The translations under genes and the position numbers were made by a program. The notes beneath the pieces were generated by a model. That model had not been told where the DNA came from, did not search any database, and was given only the letters and a program-made list of their open reading frames with translations. Positions 53,774 to 64,000 of a stretch of DNA of 64,000 nt are shown piece after piece. The stretch comes from Octopus sinensis (taxonomy: Eukaryota). Position 1 is the first letter of the stretch. The number at the start of each line of letters is the position of its first letter. The stretch spans positions 26,474,001 through 26,538,000 of the forward strand of contig NC_043000.1 in the NCBI RefSeq assembly GCF_006345805.1, read 5' to 3'.

Positions 53774-54617
53774 TGATAATAAAATGATGACAATGATTAT
53801 TACAATGATGTTGATGATGACATTAATGACGACAACGACGACGACGATGACAATGATGATGATGATCAAGAGGATGACAACGATGACAGACGACGATACT
53901 GATGATGATGATGATGATGAGGGTGATGATGATGACGATGATGATATTGATGATGATGATGGTGGTGATGATGATGATGATGATGATGATGTTGATGATG
54001 ATGATGATGATGATGTTGATGATGATGATGGTGGTGGTGATGATGATGATGATGATGAGGGTGCTGGAGTTGGGATGGTTATGCTTGGAAAACCTTTGAT
54101 CATTGGTGCGCTCCGTCAAGGCTGTCCCGTCCTGGGGCTAAACCACCACAAAACAATATTAACAAGAGCAACGACAACACATGAAGATATATAGATCGAT
54201 AGCAACAAATTATTGAGAAATATATTTTTCCCACCTTTTAACTTATCTTCTTGTGTCGAACAAAATGCCTTGCGGCATTTAGTTACGGATCTTTACGTTC
54301 TGGGTTCAAATCATGAACGAGCTCAACTTCGCCTCTTATCCGTCCAGGATCGTCCGATAAAATAAAGTATCAGTCAAGTCCTGCGATCGATGTAATCGAT
54401 CGAACTCTTCCCCCTTCCCTAGGTCTTGTGCCTATGGAAGAATCAATCAAAGGCTCTATTTAGTAGGATGTCCAGCCTCCGTTCTAGCAGCGTAAAACAA
54501 AGGACACACGCACACACACACACACACACATACGCACACACACACACACATACGCACACACGCGCACAAGCGCACGCACACACGTCGACATAAATGTACG
54601 TACCCGTACATAGAAAG

Positions 54618-54648
<31 letters not shown>

Positions 54649-54710
54649 TACACACACATTAACGCACACACGTCGATATAAATGTCCGCGCCCGATAAGA
54701 AAGATACATA

Positions 54711-54741
<31 letters not shown>

Positions 54742-55059
54742 GCATATACACAGACACACACACACATATACATTGATACACACATGTACGCACGTATATA
54801 CATCAGCACACACACAAGAGTTTTATGTTGTTGTACTCACCTTGGTTAATGGCTAGGAATAATGAAAACGATTTATAGTCAGGAATGTGGTGCAAACAAC
54901 CCCGTCTTCGGTGTCCAAATAATGATTTTAATTTATACTTTTTGAAACGCACACGCACACACACGCATACACACACACATACACACGCACACACAGCCAC
55001 ACGCGCACACACACACGTAATTAGAAATGCAATAGAGCTGAGAACACACTGATGCTGAA

Positions 55060-55489
55060 TATGATAATGATGGGTGACGCTGAACAACAGTAATAACATC
55101 CATGATGATGATGGTGATGATGATGATGATGATGGTGGTAGTGGTGGTGGTGGTGGTGATGGTGGTGGTGGTGGTGATGGTGTTGGCGGTAGCGATAACA
55201 GTGATGATGAGTTGGACGATGGTGATGGTGATGATGATGATGGTGATGATGATGATGATGGTGATGGTGGTGGTAGTGGTGGTGGTGGTGGTGGTGGTAG
55301 TGATGGTGGTGGCGGTAGCGATAACAGTGGTGATGAGTTGGACGATGATGATGATGGTGATGATGATAATGATGATGATGATGACGGCTACGACGACGTT
55401 GACCGCTGTTGGTGACGATGATGATAATGATGATGATGATAATAACGATGATGATCACTACGACGGTAGTGATATTTATGATGAAGATA

Positions 55490-55558
<69 letters not shown>

Positions 55559-55632
55559 GTTGGTGGTGGTGGTGGCGATGTCTACGCGCGGGTGTTGACA
55601 CTGATTATGATGCGATGAGTTTAATGATAGTA

Positions 55633-55664
<32 letters not shown>

Positions 55665-55668
55665 GATG

Positions 55669-55700
<32 letters not shown>

Positions 55701-55747
55701 AATAACGATGATGATCACTACGACGGTATGTGATTTATGATGAAGAT

Positions 55748-55786
<39 letters not shown>

Positions 55787-55794
55787 TGATATGA

Positions 55795-55828
<34 letters not shown>

Positions 55829-55890
55829 GGTGGCGATGTCTACGCCGGTGTTGACACTGATTATGATGCCGATGATGTTAATGATAGTAA

Positions 55891-55922
<32 letters not shown>

Positions 55923-55925
55923 ATG

Positions 55926-55977
<52 letters not shown>

Positions 55978-55985
55978 CGTGGGAA
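55060..55985. repeat. Compound (GAT)/(GGT) trinucleotide array with higher-order duplication
   Basis: Unique interruptions recur at ~126-bp and ~260-bp spacing. Confidence 0.85.
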
Positions 55986-56282
55986 ACGACAGTGACGGAA
56001 AGAACTACAACGGCATCGTAAATGTAGAGTGACAATAACAACAATGACAAGCAGCGAGGTTGGGAAAAAAAGCGGCGATAAAAATAGAGGAAAGAAAGTC
56101 AGACGAAAAATTAGACGAAAAATAGAGAGAAAGAAGAAATTTTAAAAAATGAGATTAAAACAAAGCAGAAGAAAGAAAGAAAAAACAAATGAGATAAGTA
56201 AAATGATTCGTCATTGAATGAAACAACGAACGAACGAACGAATATATGACATGTGTATGTGTGTGTATCTACTTATACACAC

Positions 56283-56318
<36 letters not shown>

Positions 56319-56681
56319 ATATATATTTACAGCGAAGGACAAAGATATGTCCAAAGTGTGAGGTCGATTCAAAGTTTTTTGAAGGCGGTGCACCAGCATG
56401 GCCGCAGTGAATCAAGTGCAAGACAGATACAGATAATATATATATATATGTATATGTATATATATATATGTATATATGTATATATGTATATATGTATATA
56501 TATATGTGTATATATATCTATATATGTATATATGTATATATGTATATATATATGTGTATATATATAAATATATATATATGTGTGTGTGTATATATGTATA
56601 TATATATATCTACATATGTATATGTACATACATTACATACATACATACACACACACACCACACACCACACCACACACCACA

Positions 56682-56726
<45 letters not shown>

Positions 56727-56939
56727 TACATACATGGTGAGAGAGAGAGAGAAAGAAGAGGAGAATTTTGTCTTAACCTTTTGCGGAACATGTATAATAA
56801 TTGAAGATGATTTCAATAGTTTAAAACTCCTGTGTTTTCCTTTTTTTTTTCTTTTTTGTTATTTTTGTCTTTTCTTTTTCTTCTTGTTCCTTCTTGTTCT
56901 TCTTCTTCTGTAATTTCGTGTGATGGCTTCTTGAGTGGG

Positions 56940-57379
56940 CGAGTTAGAAGATCGGGTAGAAAGCGTAAAAAAAGAAAAACAACCCATAAAATAATAATAA
57001 TAATAATAGTCTTCGTCGGACTGTTGTTGTTGTTGTTGTTATTGTTGTTGTTGGAACGACAGAGCGAACGAGTGATTTCTAACGAACGAATTCAAACCGA
57101 CTGATTGACGGACTGATAGAACGACGACGACGACGATCACCACGACGACGACGACGACGACGACTTCGCCGATTCCGAGACGGACCGAGTGAATCGGGGC
57201 GGAGAGGTGGAAAACGATTGCTGCGCTGGTGTTTTAAAGTGCAGTAGGACATTCGATTCGTGGTTTTTCTTGTTCGAGAACAAAAAGCTTCAATGCTCTG
57301 TCATCGTATTACCAGCAGATTAGGTGTCAGCTAAGTTTGTGCAACTATTTTTCTTCCCCCACTCGACCCCCGGGTAAGG
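56940..57379 (+). promoter_or_regulatory. CpG-rich putative 5'-UTR exon / promoter region
   Basis: Dense CpG with (ACG)n and GGGGCGG; consensus-like donor cgg|gtaagg at 57373/57374; no long ORF. Confidence 0.35.
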
Positions 57380-57510
57380 AAGGAAGGGAGGAAGAAGGAA
57401 GGAGGAAGGAAGGAGAGGTTTGTTGGTGCGAATGGTAAAAGGGAATTTCGAAAACGTACAGCGCGTGTGGCGGTACGTGTCATGTGAAGTATGCAGTTGT
57501 ATATATATTA

Positions 57511-57562
<52 letters not shown>

Positions 57563-57570
57563 TTATATAT

Positions 57571-57632
<62 letters not shown>

Positions 57633-57823
57633 CAGATAGATATGTATGTATGAGAGAGAAACGGAGGAAGAGAGAGCGAGAGAGATGTCAGATAGCCAGG
57701 AGGATGTTCCTTTCGTTAAGGGCAGCGACCACGGCTACGATGAAATATTTGCATATATGTATGTATGTATAATTATATGTTTGTATGTGCGCATGCATGT
57801 GTACTTTTGTAAACGTGTGTTTC

Positions 57824-57866
<43 letters not shown>

Positions 57867-58033
57867 GTGGTGTGCGTGTCTGTTTGTGAACGTGTGTGTA
57901 AAGAGAGAATGAACGAGAGAGAGGGAATGGAAGAAAAACGACGAAGAATCAGAGAGGCATGGTGTGGGAAACAAAGATAGATATATGTGTGTATATATTA
58001 TATGTGTGTTTTGGTGTGTGTGGTATATATGTA

Positions 58034-58071
<38 letters not shown>

Positions 58072-58125
58072 TATATATAGTATATGTGTGTGTGTGGGTG
58101 TGGGTGTGTGTGTATATATGTAATT

Positions 58126-58161
<36 letters not shown>

Positions 58162-59066
58162 AGACAGTAAGAGAGTAAGGAGGAAATTTAGGAACTCTTC
58201 TCGGAAAACTTGCACTAGCAGTTCCGCTGACGATGGTTGTTCAATGCCAGGTTTTTGTTGTTCTATGGCTTTTGTTTGCTTCTGTTCTTCCTCTTTATGT
58301 CTCAACATAACAACGAGACGGAGAGCGAGTGAGAGGGAGAGGAAGAAATAGTGAGAGAGAAAGAGAGAGAGAGAGGGAGAGGGAATGAAGGAGAGAAAAT
58401 GAGAGAGGGAGGGAGGAAGGGAGGAAACAAATGATGATACAATGAAAGAAGAACGAATCGTCATGTCGTTGGAAATCCTTCCTTTCGTTTCCTCGCCCCC
58501 CCCACCACCACGCCGTCGTTCTTCTCTTCCTTCCACCTTCGTACCACGCGCGCGCGCGCGCGTGTTTGTGTGTGTGTGTGTGTTTTCTCTTGTATTTAAT
58601 CTTCTATAAATCATTAAACATCCTAGATGCCATCATTTGTTCATGTCTACATGCACCAACTAACGCACTTGTAATGATTCTACACTTTCTCTCCTCTTTT
58701 TTTTTAAACTCTCCATTTACCTCGTATTCTCTTTCTCTCTCTCACTCTCACTTTTTTCTCTCTCTGTCACACGTTTCTCTCTCTCTCTCTCACTTTTTTT
58801 CTCTCTCTCTCTTTCTGTGTCAATTTCTTACTCTATCAACCACTTCTTCGTATCCTTCTCTCTTTCTCTTTCTCTCACTTTTTTCTCTCACTCACACATT
58901 TCTTCTCTCTCTCTCTCTCTCTCTCTCGCTCTCTCTCTCTTTCTGTGTTTTTTCTTGCTCTCCTTATCAACCACCTCTTCGTATCCTATTCTTTCTTCTC
59001 TTTCTCTCTCGCTCGTTTTTTGTGTCTCTTTCTTACTCTCCTTGTCAACCACCTCTTCGTATCCTA

Positions 59067-59104
<38 letters not shown>

Positions 59105-59169
59105 CACTCTACTTATTCTCCTTTATAATCTTTCGCCGCCTATCGTAATCACCATCATGTCATAGCTAT

Positions 59170-59180
59170 CGACGCCGTTG

Positions 59181-59213
<33 letters not shown>

Positions 59214-59236
59214 CCACCACCACCACCACCACCACC

Positions 59237-59270
<34 letters not shown>

Positions 59271-59278
59271 TCATCACC

Positions 59279-59312
<34 letters not shown>

Positions 59313-59458
59313 TCATTATCATCATTATCATCATCATCATCACCACCATCATCATCACCACCATCATCATCATCACCATCACCATCATCATCACCATCAT
59401 CATCATCATCATCATCATCACCACCACCACCACCACCACCACCACCACCACCACCACC

Positions 59459-59497
<39 letters not shown>

Positions 59498-59530
59498 TTC
59501 ATCGCCGTTGCCGTCGTCATTGTCATCAAC
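59170..59530. repeat. (CAT)/(CAC) trinucleotide array
   Basis: Reverse-complement type of the arrays at 53720-54060 and 55060-55985. Confidence 0.9.
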
Positions 59531-59620
59531 TCTTTTCCTTTCTCCCTCTTCATCATATACTGTCCTAAAGCACACAGACACACACACAGACACACACACA
59601 CACTCACACATATATACATA

Positions 59621-59676
<56 letters not shown>

Positions 59677-60029
59677 GTATAGATATACACAGCGAGATAG
59701 TATAAATACATAGGTTGATAGAAAGATAATCACTCGCATGAGAGCACGTACGAGTAATTTCCATGCAACACACACACATGGACACGCAAACACCCAGATA
59801 TCATGTAAGCCGCACGCACGCATTCACAAACACACATGCAAGAAGTACACACACACACAAATTCTCCCCCCCTCTCTCTCACGCGCACACATGCACACTC
59901 ACACGCATATATATATACACGAACGGTGGTTCCCAGCTTCGTCGAAATCCCTATCATTATATCCTGTAGTCGCCTTAAGCCACATAAATATCAATAGAAA
60001 GCGTAATCACTTCTAACAGGCACAAGACA

Positions 60030-60206
60030 AGATTATATCGACACGAGTACTAGCGACCCCGAATGGAAGAAAAGGTAAAACTAACCTCGGTGCCATTTGA
60101 ACTTAGAATGGAAAGGGCCGTGACTAAAATACCATAGGGCATTTTATCCGGCACTCTAACATTATTTTCAATAATAATAATTATCATAATAATAATAATA
60201 ATAATG

Positions 60207-60260
<54 letters not shown>

Positions 60261-60508
60261 GTAATAATAATAATAATAATAATAATAGTAATAATAATAA
60301 TAATAATTCATTTCTACTCTAGGCACAAGGCCCGAAATTTTGGGGGAGGTGGCCAATCGATTAGATCGAACAAAGTACGCAACTGGTACTTAATCTATCG
60401 ACCCCGAAAGGATGAAAGGCAAAGTCGACCTCGGCGGAATTTGAACTCAGAACGTAACCGCAGGCACCACTAAGCATTTCGCCCGGTGTACTAACGTTTC
60501 TGCAGCTC

Positions 60509-60567
<59 letters not shown>

Positions 60568-61131
60568 GGCGACTACAGTACCAGTGATTGTAGGATCTCT
60601 AGGAATGATAAAAAAAGGTACAGAAACCTATTTGAAAATGATACCAGGCTTACCATCCCTACAGGAAGTGCAAAAAATCGTGTTAACTGGAAAGACTCAT
60701 GTACTGAGAAGAGCATTATCGCTGTGAAAACAACATCCATCCTGTAAATTTGTGTGTGTAATCTGGGAATGCATACAATGAGCTTCTCTGCCCTAGGTGT
60801 ACGGAAAACACACGGCGAGAAACGGAAGAAAATTTGAAGAAAGAAAAAAAATAATGATAATAAAAATAATGCTCTCTACTATAGGCACAAGGACTGAAAA
60901 ATTTTTCGGGGAGGAGACTAGTCAATTGCACTGACCCCAGTATTTCACTGGTATTTAATTTATTGACCCCCAAAAGGATGAAAGGCAAAGTCGACTTTCA
61001 GCGGAATTTGAGCTCAGAATGTAAAGACGAATGAAATGCTACAAAGCATTTTTGCTTGGTGTGCTGACGATTCAATAAGCTTACCCCCTTACTACTACTA
61101 CTACTACTACTACTACTAATACTACTACTAC

Positions 61132-61174
<43 letters not shown>

Positions 61175-61860
61175 TCTTTCTATGATAGGCGTTGGGCCTG
61201 GAATTGTAGGGAAGGTGGACTAAACGATTACATCGATTCCAGTGTTTGATTGATAGATATTTCATTGTTCCTGAAATGATGAAAGGCAAAGTTGACCTTG
61301 GGGGCATAGAAAGGGCCGTGACTAAATACCACAGAGCATTTTACCTGGCGCTCTAACGATATTTTCAATAATAATAATAATAATATTAATAATAATATTA
61401 TTAGCAATAATAATAATGCTTTCTACTATAAGAACAAGGTCTGAAATTTTGGGTAAGTACGCTACTGGTATTTAATTTATCCACTCCGAAAAGATGAAAG
61501 GAATTTGAACTCAGAACGTAGCGACAGACGAAATACCTATTTCTTTACTGCCCACAAGGGGCTAAACATAGAGGGGACAAACAAGAACAGACCAACGGAT
61601 TAAGTCGATTATATCGACCCCAGTGCGTAACTGGTACTTCTTTAATCGACCCCGAAAGGATGAAAGGTAAAGTCGACCTCGGCGGAATTTGAACTCAGAA
61701 CGTAGCGGCAGACGAAACACCGCCAAGCATTTCGCCCGGCGTGCTAACGATTCTGCCAGCTCGCTGCCTTAATAATCCTTCATACAATGGGAACAAGGCC
61801 TAGAATTTTGGGGGAGGGGATGAGTCGATTTCATCGATCTCAGTACACAACTGGTATTTA
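60030..61860 (-). mobile_element. Stack of about seven SINE-A copies or fragments separated by (TAA)n
   Basis: Copies at ~60030, 60310, 60875, 61180, 61425 (with unit junction 61537/61536) and 61775, all on the minus strand. Confidence 0.85.
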
Positions 61861-62106
61861 GATATTCAGATGTGTATTGGGGATCCATTGTTAACCACGA
61901 AATCCCTCCTCTTCGAGAGCTGTGGTCTTCTATTAATGGTAGAATATCATTAGAATTGTCTCTGCATCATGTGGGTGGGAGTTCGGTTACTATATTCAGG
62001 TTCACTGGACCCATCTAAATAGAATTCGCAAGCGTCGCATCACTAATGGTCTTACATGGCAACCGCATCTTATCGTTTTTATATTTATTCTTAATATTAT
62101 TAAGAA

Positions 62107-62499
62107 CAGGCGCGGGAGTGGCTGTGTGGTAAGTAGCTTGCTTACCACATGGTTCCTGGTCCAGTCTCACTGCGTGGCACCTTGGGCAAGTGTCTTCTAC
62201 TATAGTGTCGGGCCGTATAAAGCCTTGCGAATGGATTTGGTAGACGGAAACTAAAGGAAACCCGTCATATAAATGTATATATATATATATATGTATGTAT
62301 GTATGTATGCTCGGAATGGTCAGTGGCAAGAGAGGAAGAGGCTGACCAAGAACCCGCTGGCTTGACACCATCAAGAGTGATACCGGAATGGACATAGCCA
62401 ATCTGAAAGAAGCGGCCCAGGATAGAACTGACTGGAGGACACTGATCCAACGAGTAACCGAGAGTCGACTTTGACTGAGCCGATAGATAGATAGATATA

Positions 62500-62554
<55 letters not shown>

Positions 62555-62760
62555 ATATGTTTGTCCCCCAACATCGCTTGACAACCGATGGTGGTGTATT
62601 TACGTCCCTGTAACTTAGCAGTTGGGCAAGAAAGACCGATAGAATTAGTACTAGGCTTACAAAGAATAAGTCCTGGGATCGATTTGCTCGACTAAAGGCG
62701 GTGCTCCAGCATGGCCGCAGTCAAATGACTGAAACAAGTAAAAGTGTAAAAGAGTAAAAG
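62107..62760 (+). mobile_element. SINE-B split by an insertion in its internal microsatellite
   Basis: 5' half 62107-62270 and 3' half 62555-62760. Confidence 0.85.
62310..62484 (+). pseudogene. RTE-clade LINE 3' end with (GATA)n tail
   Basis: Translates LGMVSGKRGRG*PRTRWLDTIKSDTGMDIANLKEAAQDRTDWRTLIQRVTESR, the typical RTE ORF C-terminus. Confidence 0.8.
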
Positions 62761-63134
62761 AGATAGATAGGTAGATACTTCCATCCATCCATCATCCATC
62801 CATCCATCCAACCATCCATCCATACATACATACATCCATACATACATACAACTGTCTTTCATACAATTTCCGTCTGCCAAGTTCACTCACTAGGTTTATG
62901 GTCGAACGGGAGCCCAAGGTTTCGCATAGTGGGACAACTGGAAAATACGAGGTTGCAGAATGAGTTTCTTGACCATACAGCCATAACTGCGCCTGTATTA
63001 ATTACTATTTTATCATATCTATAATTGTTTCTTTTTGACTAAATCCTAAAAACGCCCTCACCTGCCAATACTAAATAACACAAAACATATTTGTCTGACA
63101 TTCTACTGTATTTTTTTGTATTAATCACACTGCT

Positions 63135-63400
63135 GCTGAGACCCCTTTCGGTCATGGCTGACCATGGGATTGCACCTAGAAAGTTACCCTCCCAGGCCTC
63201 TCCACGCCACCAGTGTTATCCAAGGGAAAGGCAAGGCACCTGTGACGTCGCAACTCATTTCTACAGCTGAAGGAACTAGAGCAACGTAAAATAAAGTGTA
63301 TTGCTCAAGAACACAGCACGCAGCCCGGTCCGGGATTCGAACTCACAACCTCACGATCATAAGCTCGACGCTCTAACCACTGAGTCATGCGATTTCACAT
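63135..63400 (-). mobile_element. SINE-D with internal deletions
   Basis: Homologous to 19325-19665. Confidence 0.8.
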
Positions 63401-63824
63401 TAGTCACAACACCAAGTAAAATACCATTGATTGCCGTGGGGTTTTATCAATCCAACAACGCTACGCAACGGCGATTCACAATGATGAAAGGGGAAAGGTA
63501 AACTTCAGCGAGATTTCAAACTCAAAAATAAGATCCTGGATTAAACCCTGTCATCACACCGATGTCATCTTCATCAGTTTAATTAAGTAGTGGTGTTGCA
63601 GATGATGTTGGTGATTATGACGATGAGGATGATGTACAAAAAGGCATCTTACGCCTGTGTTTGGAGTTATGTCGAACAGGTTGAAGAGCATTGGGGTAGT
63701 CTATCTACTGCAGGGCAAACGAACAAGCGAGCTGATATTTCCTTCAAAATTACCAAAAATGTACCAAAAACTCCAAATAAACAAGAGATAGATAGATAGA
63801 TAGGTAGATAGATAAATAGATAGG

Positions 63825-63897
<73 letters not shown>

Positions 63898-64000
63898 GAG
63901 GGAACAACAAAGAAGGTGTAATAGTTTGACTCTTGGGAATGGAAGAGTCTTTGACGTTTCGAACTCATGTTCTTCTACAGAGAGGAACGAGGAGAGAAAA

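Noticed and set aside
55021-55740. Asp/Gly-rich (plus) or His-rich (minus) protein like biomineral or beak proteins
   Set aside because: No signal peptide or splice context; equivalent arrays occur at 53720 and 59170 in either orientation.
57646-58330. Protein-like snippets MSDSQEDVPFVKGSDHGYDEIF (+) and MLRHKEEEQKQTKAIEQQKPG (-)
   Set aside because: Short, flanked by microsatellites, lacking credible splice signals or homology.

Overview
Eukaryotic, AT-rich, microsatellite-saturated genomic DNA. The repeat families look like those of a coleoid cephalopod, probably Octopus (inference from recalled repeat motifs, not verified). I found no confidently identifiable host protein-coding gene, and almost all listed ORFs are microsatellite artefacts. 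The window holds: (i) a young, 5'-truncated L1/Tx1-type non-LTR retrotransposon (22570-24832) inside a (TCTA)n tract, plus three orphan 3' ends and a diverged sister family, all next to microsatellites; (ii) decayed fragments of RLE-clade (R2/R4-like), CR1-like and RTE-like LINEs, a hAT-type MITE and a Helitron-like element; (iii) dozens of tRNA-like SINEs in at least three groups. The most interesting system is SINE-A. It shares its ~55-nt 3' end with the Tx1-type LINEs. It also occurs as concatemers of a ~184-bp unit joined at one recurrent nucleotide junction, including a tetramer flanked by a single 17-bp target-site duplication. Candidate regulatory features are a tandem CTCF-motif pair, an E-box/CRE/GC-box cluster, a posterior-Hox-type motif cluster and a few possible exons. 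All coordinates were read by eye and are approximate to a few bases.
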